A DNA stretch of 64,000 bases from a bacterium (GTDB taxonomy: Bacteria; Patescibacteriota; CPR2; UBA1875; CAIMLA01), in NCBI GenBank assembly GCA_037129835.1, contig JBAXUE010000006.1:6157-70156 (forward strand), written 5' to 3'. The position numbers were made by a program, and so were the translations under genes. The notes beneath the pieces are model-generated. The model searched no databases and was not told the DNA's origin. It saw nothing but the letters and a program-made list of their open reading frames with translations. Below, piece after piece: positions 19,013 through 28,400 of the stretch. How positions within the stretch are numbered: position 1 is the stretch's first letter; each line of letters opens with the position of its first letter.

Positions 19013-20896
19013 ATGAATAATATATTTATTTATTTAAATAAAAGTTTGAAGAAATATTACCCTTTTATTTTATTTTTAATTATTATTTTTACGAAAATAT
19101 TAATCTTTAGCAAATTCAACTGGATTTGGCCAACAAACGATATTCTACTCACATTTATAATATACAACTTGCTTGCCACCGCCATACTATTATCACCGGC
19201 TCTTTTCCTTTATAAACAACAAATTAAATATTTATTTTTTATTGATATTTTTGTTTCTTTTGTTTTAATTATTGACTCAGTCTACCTTAGTTACTTTAGT
19301 ACTTTACCAGTTGTAAGCTTGATGGGCTCAACGGGTCAACTAACTGATCTTATCCCTTCTTTAGTAAAGCTCCTCAGCCCAATTGAAATATTTTATGTTG
19401 CTGATTTTATTATCATCATTGGTCTAAAACTTTTCTTTAAAAAACGGTTTGTATTAGACGCGGTATTACTAGGTAAGGATAAAATTGGTTACAAAAAAGC
19501 CCTCCTTTTTATTGTAATTATCTTGTTGTCACTAACGGCGTTATTGGCATACGACTCAAAAGATAAGCTACCACGCTTATATAATCTAATTGGCGAAAAT
19601 AAGCTAATAGCAAAAAACCTTGGAGTTTTCGGGGCACATATCGTAGATATCAGTAGAAATTTTGTTGATATCTTTAATACACTGAGCCCTGAGCAAAAAA
19701 CTGAAGCTCTAAATAAACTCAGCACTTATACCGTAAAGCCGATTCCCAATAACTTCACTGGTGTAGCGAAGGGCAAAAAAGTTATTATGATACAAGTCGA
19801 AGCACTAAATAACTTTTTTGTAGGGGCAAAAGCAAACGGACAGGAGATAACTCCAAATCTAAATAAATTAGCAGCGAATTCTAAATATTTTACCGAACAC
19901 ATCTTTACACTTGGGGCCGGAAGTACTTCAGACGCCGATTTTAGCACAAACACATCAATCTATCCCTTACTTGACTCATCAACCTTTGTTAAATACGGTA
20001 ATGACGACTTTACCAGCCTTGAAAAAGAATTAAAAAAAGTTGGCTACCTGACTAATGCTTATCACGCCAACAGTAGAGGGTATTGGAATCGAACCACCGC
20101 ATTTAAATCTCTGGGTTTTGACAATTTTTATGCTCAAGAAAACTATAAAAAAGGAGAAAATATAAGTATGGGCCTCGAAGATAAAAGTTTTTTTGAACAA
20201 AGCCTTAACTATATTACAAAAGAACCAGCAAAATCTTTTGATTACCTCATAACGCTGTCCAGTCATTATGCCTTTGAAATGCCGGTAAAATATCAAAAAT
20301 TAAATTTAGAAAGCGACCAATTTACCACACTTGATGCAAATTTTCTCCAAAGCATTAACTATGCCGATAGCTCTCTCGGTGCATTTATCGACGGCTTAAA
20401 AAGAGATAAAATATACGACGATTCACTAATAGTTGTTTATGGTGATCACACCGCTAAATACGACCCAATGACTCTCGATGGAGTGAAGATAGACCCAGAA
20501 ACCGAGATTGGGAAACGGGTTCCTCTGATAATAAAACTACCGAATCAAGTCAATGGAGAAATTATCTCAAAACCAAGTTCTCATCTAGACATAATGCCCA
20601 CAATTCTCAATCTCGTTGGGGTGAGTGCTACCTCACCGATGTTTGGCAGAGATCTATTTGGTGAGAACAAACCCCAATATTATACATCTTCATTTGTAAG
20701 CAACTTCGAAAGTATTGTTATGGACGGCTATAAATATCTGTCGAATGGCGTCTCGAGTACTTGCAATAATATAAGTGACAATACTTCAGTTGATGTAGCC
20801 AAATGCGACGGAATTTCTAAAAAAAGAGATGACATTCAAAATACGGTTAACAATCTAATCAAGCACAATCTTTTCAATGATTACCTAAAACAATAA
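19013..20896 (+). CDS. LTA synthase (LtaS)-family sulfatase
   Basis: About 5 N-terminal TMs; IQVEAL, GAGSTSDADF (catalytic Thr), YWNR, TLSSH, YGDH and DIMPTIL motifs. Confidence 0.88.
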   Translation: MNNIFIYLNKSLKKYYPFILFLIIIFTKILIFSKFNWIWPTNDILLTFIIYNLLATAILLSPALFLYKQQIKYLFFIDIFVSFVLIIDSVYLSYFSTLPVVSLMGSTGQLTDLIPSLVKLLSPIEIFYVADFIIIIGLKLFFKKRFVLDAVLLGKDKIGYKKALLFIVIILLSLTALLAYDSKDKLPRLYNLIGENKLIAKNLGVFGAHIVDISRNFVDIFNTLSPEQKTEALNKLSTYTVKPIPNNFTGVAKGKKVIMIQVEALNNFFVGAKANGQEITPNLNKLAANSKYFTEHIFTLGAGSTSDADFSTNTSIYPLLDSSTFVKYGNDDFTSLEKELKKVGYLTNAYHANSRGYWNRTTAFKSLGFDNFYAQENYKKGENISMGLEDKSFFEQSLNYITKEPAKSFDYLITLSSHYAFEMPVKYQKLNLESDQFTTLDANFLQSINYADSSLGAFIDGLKRDKIYDDSLIVVYGDHTAKYDPMTLDGVKIDPETEIGKRVPLIIKLPNQVNGEIISKPSSHLDIMPTILNLVGVSATSPMFGRDLFGENKPQYYTSSFVSNFESIVMDGYKYLSNGVSSTCNNISDNTSVDVAKCDGISKKRDDIQNTVNNLIKHNLFNDYLKQ

Positions 20897-20925
20897 TAGA
20901 CTAGCATTAATGCTAGTCTATTATT
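20892..20925. terminator. Perfect 34-bp palindrome, probable bidirectional terminator
   Basis: AATAATAGACTAGCATT-AATGCTAGTCTATTATT between convergent genes. Confidence 0.75.
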
Positions 20926-20943
20926 ATATAGATAATCTTTAAA

Positions 20944-21612
20944 TTACTTAATGATTTTCCCATCATCAAGCTTGAAAGTAATATCGGTCTTTCCCGCTAT
21001 TGATAAATCATGAGTCACGGCAATAATAGTAGTGTTCTCTTTCTTGGCTAGTTGATGCAAAAGATCAAATATCATCTTGCCAGTCTGACTATCTAGATTA
21101 CCCGTAGGCTCATCGGCCAGAATCAGAGTTGGTTTATTGGCAAGGGCTCTTGCAATAGCGACTCGTTGTTGCTCACCGCCAGATAGCCTGCCTGGTTTCC
21201 TATGTTGCTTCGCTCCGTCTAAACCAACTTCTGTGAGTAGCTTCTCGGCTCGTTCTTGTTGTTCTTTTTTGCCCTTACCGATAAACTCCATCGGTAACAT
21301 TACATTTTCTAAGGCAGATAGGTTTGGTACTAGATTATACCCCTGGAATACAAAACCGATTTTTTCTCCTCGATATTTATCTAGCTTACGATCATGAAGC
21401 TTGGTAATATCCTCTTTGCCAACTTCTATTGAACCACTAGTTGGCTTATCGAGAGCGCCTAGAAGGCTCAGAAGTGTACTTTTCCCGCTACCACTCTTCC
21501 CGATGATTGAGGCAAATTTGCCGTCTGGAACTTCGAAGGTAACATCGGCAACTGCATTTACTATCGTATCGCCGGATTTGAATGACTTTGTTATATTTTT
21601 TACTTTTAACAT
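20944..21612 (-). CDS. ABC transporter ATP-binding protein (LolD/MacB type)
   Basis: [35 protein letters not shown] and VTHD motifs. Confidence 0.95.
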   Translation of the reverse strand: MLKVKNITKSFKSGDTIVNAVADVTFEVPDGKFASIIGKSGSGKSTLLSLLGALDKPTSGSIEVGKEDITKLHDRKLDKYRGEKIGFVFQGYNLVPNLSALENVMLPMEFIGKGKKEQQERAEKLLTEVGLDGAKQHRKPGRLSGGEQQRVAIARALANKPTLILADEPTGNLDSQTGKMIFDLLHQLAKKENTTIIAVTHDLSIAGKTDITFKLDDGKIIK

Positions 21613-21621
21613 ATTATCTCC

Positions 21622-22968
21622 TTACTCAGCTCTCATTACTTCGGCTGGACGAATTTTAGTAATAAAGAATGAGGCAAGTACGCTCCCAATGACTGCGATT
21701 ATTAGGGCGACGCCTAAGCCGTAGAAAACGATTTTCCAATCAACTACACCTTGGACGCTAGTCAAAGCTCCCCTGAGCTGTCCAAAGCCTCCACCCATGC
21801 CTCTTCCTGGTCCACCTGTATCGGTGGCAGAACTAGTAACAAGCATACTTGTAATAGGGTTAGCGGCAGCGATACCGAGACCGATACCTACAACAGAAGC
21901 AAGAAGTGTAAAAGTAACAGATTCAACTGCGAACTGAAGCACTACTCGGATATTTGAGGCTCCGATAGCTTTCAGAACGCCGATCTCTCTTCTGCGCTCT
22001 CTAACAATCATAACCATTGTTAGTAATATTATTACTGCACCAGCGCCAACAGCGCCGAAGAGGCTGTACATAGAGATTTTTTGAATGTTTTCAAGCGGAG
22101 CAATTGCGGTCTGAGCTTGTGCTGCAGCATTTGTGACATCTGCAGTTGTGCCGAGAGCAGTCGTAGTAGCCGTTGTAACTGAGTCAACATTTGAGATAGA
22201 ATTTACTGTTGCCGTAGCACTAGTAAACTGACCCACTTGGCTTGACAATGTCTGCACGGTAGCAAGGGGCATAATTACTTGATTATTAGAAAATGCATTA
22301 CCCGCATCAAATATACCCATAACGCTGACTGTCGTGCTGTAAGCAGTAAATGTAGAGCCTACTTTCAAATTATTTTTTGTTGCTAGATTTGAACCAACTA
22401 TAGCAACATTCTCCGTGCTACCAGAATCAAATACTTTTCCGCTTGTTAGCTTAAATGTTCCACCACCTTGAGTAGAGGAAAGATCGGTTGGTTTATTTGT
22501 ACCGACTAGGGTAACTGGTGGTGTAAATGACCTAGTTGTTTGTGTACCAGTATCTGAAGGCCGACCTTCTCCCCCCGCGGGTGGTGCAAAAGTTTCGCCA
22601 CTATTATTTGAGTTTCTTCTGCCTAAAGAACCAGCATCGATAGAAGAAACCAACGTAGAATTACTAGTTGTTAGGCGATCACTAACAACCCCATTTACTG
22701 ATGATACGTTGGCTAATTTTGCCACCTTGTCTAGAGAGGCCTGAGTAAGAGGATCTCCTCCTCCTTCAAAACCACGCATTCCCGCTGGAGAAATCGAAAC
22801 CGTGTTGCCCACATTTCCCTTTACCGCAGAAATTTTAGTACTTACCGCTTGATATGCGACTAGCATCGCTAGCGAAAGGCCTATACTAAGCCCCAGAATA
22901 ACAACAATAGAAACTGTTCTAACTACATTTCGGAAGGCATTTCTAAACCCTCGGCTAATGACACCCAT
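21622..22968 (-). CDS. ABC transporter permease (FtsX/MacB type)
   Basis: VRERRREIGVLKAIGA and IRPAEVMRAE; 4-TM layout with a large extracytoplasmic loop. Confidence 0.92.
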   Translation of the reverse strand: MGVISRGFRNAFRNVVRTVSIVVILGLSIGLSLAMLVAYQAVSTKISAVKGNVGNTVSISPAGMRGFEGGGDPLTQASLDKVAKLANVSSVNGVVSDRLTTSNSTLVSSIDAGSLGRRNSNNSGETFAPPAGGEGRPSDTGTQTTRSFTPPVTLVGTNKPTDLSSTQGGGTFKLTSGKVFDSGSTENVAIVGSNLATKNNLKVGSTFTAYSTTVSVMGIFDAGNAFSNNQVIMPLATVQTLSSQVGQFTSATATVNSISNVDSVTTATTTALGTTADVTNAAAQAQTAIAPLENIQKISMYSLFGAVGAGAVIILLTMVMIVRERRREIGVLKAIGASNIRVVLQFAVESVTFTLLASVVGIGLGIAAANPITSMLVTSSATDTGGPGRGMGGGFGQLRGALTSVQGVVDWKIVFYGLGVALIIAVIGSVLASFFITKIRPAEVMRAE

Positions 22969-23013
22969 TTATTCTCCTTATTTATTATCTATATACTATT
23001 TTTTGCCTTTAAG

Positions 23014-23029
23014 CTGAGAATCAACTGAA
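23014..23029 (-). promoter_or_regulatory. Tandem direct-repeat operator upstream of the ABC permease
   Basis: CTGAG-N6-CTGAA (plus strand), 11-bp period, just upstream of a TAGTAT -10-like box on the minus strand. Confidence 0.65.
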
Positions 23030-23042
23030 TACAGCCTAGTTG

Positions 23043-24047
23043 TTACGAAGGAAGAATGATTGTAAAACAAGAGCCTTTCTCTGGCTCACTTGACGCAGTA
23101 ATTCTTCCGTTATGGACAGTAACTATGTTTTCGGCGATGGAAAGTCCGATGCCATATCCCTCTACATGATTCTTGGTTCTCGACGTATCTGCACGATAAA
23201 AACGATCAAAAATATGTTGCAAGTTATCTTTTGAGATACCAGACCCGTGGTCAGATATTCTTATAAACACGTCCTTTAAATTCTTCTTAGCAACGATGGA
23301 AATCTCCCCTTTTTCTGGACTGTACTTCACCGCGTTATCGATGATAATAGTAAAGAGCTGAGTAAGCATCGTCGAGCTTCCTTTTACTTTGATATTATCT
23401 GGAATTTCCATAACCAAGTTAATGGATTTTTCTTTTATTGGTTTAACCAATGTCTTGAGAGAATTATTTACCAAATCAACAATATCCAGTTCTTTCATCT
23501 CAATCTTGTCGCGCCTATCCCTGGCAAGATCCAGAAGCCCCGAAACAAGTGCTCCCATTTTTTCTACTTCCTCTTTATTACTGGTAAGAACTTTTATTGC
23601 TTCTTTTTTATCGAGATTTTTATCCCTTAGAGTAACATCTATCTCGGCTTGCATCGCAGCTAATGGTGATCTGAGCTCGTGTGAAGCGTCTGAGACAAAA
23701 CGACTTTGCCTCTCATGAGATTCTTCCAGTGGTTTTAAAGTTAATTTTGCCAAAAGGAAACTTATTCCACCACCTAAAAGCAATATCCCAATATTTATAT
23801 ATATCAATCTTACAAATAGGTTGTTATAGCTGTCTTCTAGAGTCTGCTCTCTATTTTTTAGGACATTTGGGTCCTCTGGAGGTACCATAAACATTGGTCC
23901 ACGTTCGAAAAAGCGTTGTTGGCTTCGCAAAGTATTGTTAATTTCAGAGGTGGACATACCAAGAATTGCGACACTAAAGAATGAGCTAATCGCCATTATA
24001 ATCAGCAGATAAGTGAAAGTTAATTTGAATATTGCCGACTTAAACAT
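23043..24047 (-). CDS. Sensor histidine kinase
   Basis: FVSDASHELRSPL (H box), IIDNAVKYS, DHGSGI and GYGIGLSIA; two TMs. Confidence 0.95.
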   Translation of the reverse strand: MFKSAIFKLTFTYLLIIMAISSFFSVAILGMSTSEINNTLRSQQRFFERGPMFMVPPEDPNVLKNREQTLEDSYNNLFVRLIYINIGILLLGGGISFLLAKLTLKPLEESHERQSRFVSDASHELRSPLAAMQAEIDVTLRDKNLDKKEAIKVLTSNKEEVEKMGALVSGLLDLARDRRDKIEMKELDIVDLVNNSLKTLVKPIKEKSINLVMEIPDNIKVKGSSTMLTQLFTIIIDNAVKYSPEKGEISIVAKKNLKDVFIRISDHGSGISKDNLQHIFDRFYRADTSRTKNHVEGYGIGLSIAENIVTVHNGRITASSEPEKGSCFTIILPS

Positions 24048-24729
24048 TCTTCTTTTTTACTCCAAAATAATATCCAAAACCTCTACGAGTATGAATTAAA
24101 TTATTTTTTGGATACGGCTTATCTATCTTATTTCTTAAATAACCAACATACACCTCTACCGTGTTTGGAAGTACGTCGGCATCAAAATCCCAGACATGAG
24201 TAATAATGTTTTCTTTTGAGAGTATTCGCTCTGGGTTACGTATCATATATTCTAATAGGGCAAACTCTTTGCTTGTAAGTTCTATCAGTTTTCCGCCACG
24301 TTTTACCGAAAATGTTTGTGGATTCAAAGAAAGATCTGCATAATCTATCGTCGGATTCAGTGCATCTTTAGGACGACGAAGAAGCGCTCTGACGCGAGCC
24401 AAAAGCTCCTCAAATGCGAACGGCTTTACCATGTAGTCATCTGCGCCATTATTGAGTCCAAAGACTCGATTGTCGATAGCGTCTTTTGCAGTTACAAATA
24501 TTACCGGCGTATGAATCTTCTTTGCGCGCATTTCCTTGATGATACCGGCTCCGTCATATTCACCAGGTAACATCCAGTCGAGAATAATCAAATCATATTC
24601 ATCTGTAAGGGCACTGTCGAGACCGTCGTCGCCATCATAAGCCACATCAACTGCGTATGATTCTTGCTCCAGGCCCTTCTTGACTGCATTTGCTATCTTG
24701 TGATCATCTTCTACTACTAATATTCTCAT
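24040..24729 (-). CDS. OmpR/PhoB-family response regulator
   Basis: ILVVEDD, LDWMLP, GADDYMVKPF, LTSKEFALL and TRRGFGY. Confidence 0.96.
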   Translation of the reverse strand: MRILVVEDDHKIANAVKKGLEQESYAVDVAYDGDDGLDSALTDEYDLIILDWMLPGEYDGAGIIKEMRAKKIHTPVIFVTAKDAIDNRVFGLNNGADDYMVKPFAFEELLARVRALLRRPKDALNPTIDYADLSLNPQTFSVKRGGKLIELTSKEFALLEYMIRNPERILSKENIITHVWDFDADVLPNTVEVYVGYLRNKIDKPYPKNNLIHTRRGFGYYFGVKKKNV

Positions 24730-24750
24730 ACTTATATTTTACTCCATAGT

Positions 24751-24766
24751 CTGAGTTTTTGCTGAA
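24751..24766 (-). promoter_or_regulatory. Tandem direct-repeat operator upstream of the response regulator
   Basis: CTGAG-N6-CTGAA, followed on the minus strand by TAAAAT-6nt-ATG. Confidence 0.65.
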
Positions 24767-24771
24767 TAAAA

Positions 24772-24795
24772 ATTAGAGCCGAAAACGGCTCTAAT
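24772..24795. terminator. Intrinsic terminator
   Basis: ATTAGAGCCG-AAAA-CGGCTCTAAT hairpin with a T run on the minus strand. Confidence 0.7.
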
Positions 24796-24814
24796 ATATT
24801 AAGGGAGGAACAAA

Positions 24815-25360
24815 TTAATTAGTTGGATTGACTACGATTCTAGTAGCCTGAATGATTCCGCTAGAATCTTGCTCACCTGAGACAAAAACAGTATCTCCAA
24901 CTACCACCTTCGTTGCCGAAGTATTTGGGAATCTAGTCGTATCGCTGATCTCTACAATCCTTGTTTCACTATCGATAGTTGCCGTGAACTGCTTATCATT
25001 AACTGCTGTCACTTTACCAGTCAAATAGTTGTTATATTGATTGCTGTTATATTGAACATTTTCGTCAAGCAGTCGGCCCCTGCCACCCATCATTCCTCGG
25101 CCTGTGGCTTCAGCCTGGTCCTGCTGATCGAACTGTCGTTCGATACCTATTCCTCGCATCCCAGTCACTCCAATAAAGTTTCTACTATCTAAAACACGTT
25201 TCATCGTCATTCCGCCTATCATCAAAATAACTACAGCGCCAGCTCCGATGAGTATACCGACGAACATCTTATTACCGATGTTACATTTTGGTTGTGCTTT
25301 CTTCTCTACTGTCTTTACTGGTTCTTTTATTACTTCATTTTCGTCATTTTTTTCTGACAT
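24815..25360 (-). CDS. DUF5666-like membrane-anchored protein
   Basis: TM helix, Gly/Met/Arg-rich linker, G.VTAV....FT...V.ISDTT...VVVGD.V.V.G.....IQATRI OB-like module. Confidence 0.7.
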   Translation of the reverse strand: MSEKNDENEVIKEPVKTVEKKAQPKCNIGNKMFVGILIGAGAVVILMIGGMTMKRVLDSRNFIGVTGMRGIGIERQFDQQDQAEATGRGMMGGRGRLLDENVQYNSNQYNNYLTGKVTAVNDKQFTATIDSETRIVEISDTTRFPNTSATKVVVGDTVFVSGEQDSSGIIQATRIVVNPTN

Positions 25361-25406
25361 TAAACAGACCTTTCTTATTATTTATAGAAAATTTTATAAT
25401 CTTAAA

Positions 25407-25422
25407 CTGAGAAATAGCTTAA
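25407..25422 (-). promoter_or_regulatory. Tandem direct-repeat operator (degenerate)
   Basis: CTGAG-N6-CTTAA upstream of 24815..25360. Confidence 0.5.
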
Positions 25423-25862
25423 TTAATCGTTATGGCAGAAGCTGTTATCGAATCCGAGGCGGTTTCACTGCCTGGGGTTCCGGTCATCAATGGCGTAACT
25501 GCTATACTGCTACCAACGACTACTTTATCCTTAGTAGAACTAGTTGATAAATTATAAGTAGTGGCATCGCTAATAGTAACATTTTGAGTCGTGCCATCAG
25601 TTGACTTCACCGTGATCGTATTACCATCGATGGCCGTTACTTCTCCACTCGCTCTCCCCCTGAAGCCTCCACCCCTAGCACCACCTGCGGGGAAAGCACC
25701 ATTCTGTCCACGTGTGAAACCCTGATTGGTGGCCGTATCTGTGCCAGTTGTTGCCTTTGTGCCACCTGCAATAAGGTACCCAGCGCCTCCGCCGATAATA
25801 AAGACTATTACATAGGATATTGCCACCATAGCAAGCTTTTTTTGCGATTCGTTTTCTTTCAT
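25419..25862 (-). CDS. DUF5666-like membrane-anchored protein (paralog of 24815..25360)
   Basis: GEVTAIDGNTITVK...VTISDATT...KVVVGS...ITASAITIN. Confidence 0.7.
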   Translation of the reverse strand: MKENESQKKLAMVAISYVIVFIIGGGAGYLIAGGTKATTGTDTATNQGFTRGQNGAFPAGGARGGGFRGRASGEVTAIDGNTITVKSTDGTTQNVTISDATTYNLSTSSTKDKVVVGSSIAVTPLMTGTPGSETASDSITASAITIN

Positions 25863-25897
25863 TTATTCTCCTTATTGTATAAATATAATTATCCCAG

Positions 25898-25913
25898 CTG
25901 AGTAATAACTGAG
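25898..25913 (-). promoter_or_regulatory. Tandem direct-repeat operator upstream of the DUF5666-like gene
   Basis: CTGAG-N6-CTGAG. Confidence 0.65.
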
Positions 25914-25933
25914 ATATTTATTGACTGACTTTA

Positions 25934-26479
25934 TTATAATATAGGATAAGCCTTCGTCCCAACTGTTACCCCCAGCAGTGCCACAGCCTCCGGGTCATTG
26001 GTAATTAAAGCCTCAGTCTGTTCTCTGCCTTCGTGCATATCATGACGTGACACAAGCGCAATATTCATACCACTACTGTGGTAGATAAAAAATCTTTGAT
26101 GGTTATCCGTAAAAATGTCATCATTTTTGCTAAATTTAATATTGGGCGATAATCTAGGCCATTTTTCTGGCTCTCCGAAGATAATTATTGTATTTGCAAC
26201 CTGAGAAAGTTCAAATAGCTTTCTCTTCACTCTGTCCGAACAGCCCAAACCCTTTATATTTATATATATAGTCCCATTCTGTTCATTAGTAATTGCCACC
26301 TTCGTAAGCATCGCGTCCAGTGACTTCTCAAAATAATCATGTTCCCCAATAAATGTTACCGAAGATATTTTTTCAACCTTTATAACCTCCTGAGCTTCGG
26401 CAAAATCATATTTATCAAATTTAAGGGGTTTAATTGCCAGATACCGTACAGCTACTTCAAATAAATCAACCTTATCCAT
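25934..26479 (-). CDS. Stand-alone DICT-like sensory domain protein
   Basis: RFFIYHSSGMNIALVSRH...ALITNDPEAV resembles the DICT C-terminal pattern; AGGAGG RBS. Confidence 0.55.
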   Translation of the reverse strand: MDKVDLFEVAVRYLAIKPLKFDKYDFAEAQEVIKVEKISSVTFIGEHDYFEKSLDAMLTKVAITNEQNGTIYINIKGLGCSDRVKRKLFELSQVANTIIIFGEPEKWPRLSPNIKFSKNDDIFTDNHQRFFIYHSSGMNIALVSRHDMHEGREQTEALITNDPEAVALLGVTVGTKAYPIL

Positions 26480-26537
26480 AATGCCTCCTTACAATAATTA
26501 TATCATGTAAATTATAGATTATTATGAACTTCAAACA

Positions 26538-26566
26538 TTGACCAAATCTATCTTTTTTGATATAAT
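26538..26566 (+). promoter_or_regulatory. Sigma70-type promoter for tRNA-Asp
   Basis: TTGACC-17nt-TATAAT with an extended TG. Confidence 0.75.
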
Positions 26567-26638
26567 TTTCCTGTTATATAAGCGGTGACAGCGCACATGC
26601 TCTCATCGAAATATACAAAAAGTGACATTTTCGGAATC

Positions 26639-26702
26639 CCTCTCCCGTTTGGGGCCCCCGAAAACCGTAGGTTTTAAGGGGAAGAGGAGGAAAAGCGAAA
26701 AG
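26639..26702 (+). repeat. Hairpin repeat in the tRNA-Asp leader
   Basis: CCCCGAAAAC-CGTA-GGTTTTAAGGGGAAGAGGA; similar to the units at 17396-17490. Confidence 0.55.
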
Positions 26703-26712
26703 ATGAAGACGA

Positions 26713-26789
26713 GACCCGGTAGCTCAGCTGGTTAGAGCGCCGCCCTGTCACGGCGGAGGTCGCCGGTTCGATCCCGGTCCGGGTCGCCA
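26713..26789 (+). tRNA. tRNA-Asp(GTC), integration target
   Basis: GACCCGGTAGCTCAGCTGGTTAGAGCGCCGCCCTGTCACGGCGGAGGTCGCCGGTTCGATCCCGGTCCGGGTCGCCA. Confidence 0.97.
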
Positions 26790-28355
26790 AATATCACGGA
26801 GTTCGCTCATAGGGTCATATTCTGCCTCTATGTGGCTAAAATTGACTGGTTCGGAAATATCCTTTCCGATTTCAGTCATTTTTTTATTTTCCGAACTTTC
26901 ATTTGTTTGTTTTACCGCTCTTTGGAGCGTCTGCATAGCTATCGTATATTCAATTATGGGTTTGCCATTCTCTATTTTGATGCTCTCGCATATGTCCTTC
27001 AGAATCTTCTTTTGGACTTCTGGGACCTTTAGTTTGAACTTCTCCTGGGCTACTTCCGCTCTCTGGAATATCTTCACTCCGATTTGTTGCTTTTGCTCGG
27101 AGCTTTTGGACAATCCGTCTATCTCACTTAGAATATCGTCCTTCTGTTTGGTATATTGAGCGAACCGCTCTCTGTAATTCGCATCAGAGATTAACTCGTC
27201 CAATCTGTCCTCATAGAGCCTATCTAGTCTTTTCTCCATCCGCTGGTGGTTCGCCTGAAGTTCAGTGAGTTTATGCTCTTTGTATTCAGTATCTTCTGTG
27301 TGGCTCAACTTGAGCGACTTTACTATCCAATCGGCTATCCTCGGATTCTTTACTATCAACTCCCCGAACGATTCGGCTATTTCATCAAGGACCACCTCTT
27401 CCTTCATCCATATTCGCTCATCACACTTGGTATATTTGTAGTTACAGTGTCCATATATGTGGCCTTTGTGCTCTTCCCAGCTGATTACGCTTCCGCATTT
27501 ACCACATCGCATCATCCCCTTGAAGAGAAAGTTTCTCTTGGTGATATGAGGGACAGCCCTACCTGTTAGCTTCTCCTGGACTAGATTATATAGTTCCTCA
27601 CTGATAAGTGGTTCGTGTTTACCCTGATATACGACTCCATTCCAACGAAATTTGCCTGTGTAATACAGATTGTGGAGTATTTCCCAGGTTAGCCTTTTTT
27701 TTATCACATTCCCATATTTGCTTCTTAGGCCATCTTTCTCCATCTCTATTGCTAGAGACTCTGTAGAATACAATCCACTGGCATATAGTTTGAACATCTT
27801 TGTGATGTATGGAGCGAACTTTTCATCTGGAAGGTGAACTCTTCGGCCCCTGGGGCCTTCAGACCTATAGCCGAGTGGCGGTTGTGAGGGGTATTCGCCT
27901 TGGGATATCTTCTCTTTTTGACCCTTCTTGACCTCTTCAGAGAGATTTTTAATATAATTCTTCGCGAGGACTACATTTAAATCCCAATTCAGAACATCCT
28001 GGGATTTTGAGTTCTTATGGAGAATTATCCCGTTCTTTACTGAATGTATTTGCCTTTCTGGGTCTTCATTCAACCAGTCATCTATTAGCTGATACTCCTT
28101 AAAGTTCCTAGTAACTCTATCCACCTTTTCAAATATCAGGATATTTATCTTTTTCTTTTTGGCGAATTCTAGCATCTCTGCGAATTTCTTTCTAAGAACC
28201 TTCCCACTTGCTGACTCAGAAACCGCGAACATTTTCTTTACCCGAAAATTCTTTTTTTCTGCATACTCTCCCAATATCTTCTCTTGAGCGGGTAATGAAT
28301 AACCGCTTTCTTCTTGTTCCTTTGTTGATACTCTGGCATAGATTAATGCTTCCAT
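26748..28355 (-). CDS. Large serine recombinase (integrase)
   Basis: YARVSTKEQ catalytic Ser, ESASG, DRVTRN, PPLGY, GKHEPLIS, CGKC Zn ribbon and coiled coil; start at MEALIY after AGGAG; 3' end runs antisense into the tRNA. Confidence 0.95.
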   Translation of the reverse strand: MEALIYARVSTKEQEESGYSLPAQEKILGEYAEKKNFRVKKMFAVSESASGKVLRKKFAEMLEFAKKKKINILIFEKVDRVTRNFKEYQLIDDWLNEDPERQIHSVKNGIILHKNSKSQDVLNWDLNVVLAKNYIKNLSEEVKKGQKEKISQGEYPSQPPLGYRSEGPRGRRVHLPDEKFAPYITKMFKLYASGLYSTESLAIEMEKDGLRSKYGNVIKKRLTWEILHNLYYTGKFRWNGVVYQGKHEPLISEELYNLVQEKLTGRAVPHITKRNFLFKGMMRCGKCGSVISWEEHKGHIYGHCNYKYTKCDERIWMKEEVVLDEIAESFGELIVKNPRIADWIVKSLKLSHTEDTEYKEHKLTELQANHQRMEKRLDRLYEDRLDELISDANYRERFAQYTKQKDDILSEIDGLSKSSEQKQQIGVKIFQRAEVAQEKFKLKVPEVQKKILKDICESIKIENGKPIIEYTIAMQTLQRAVKQTNESSENKKMTEIGKDISEPVNFSHIEAEYDPMSELRDIWRPGPGSNRRPPP

Positions 28356-28400
28356 ATCTTCTCCTTTCCTTTTACCACTATTCAATTGTCAAAATACAAA

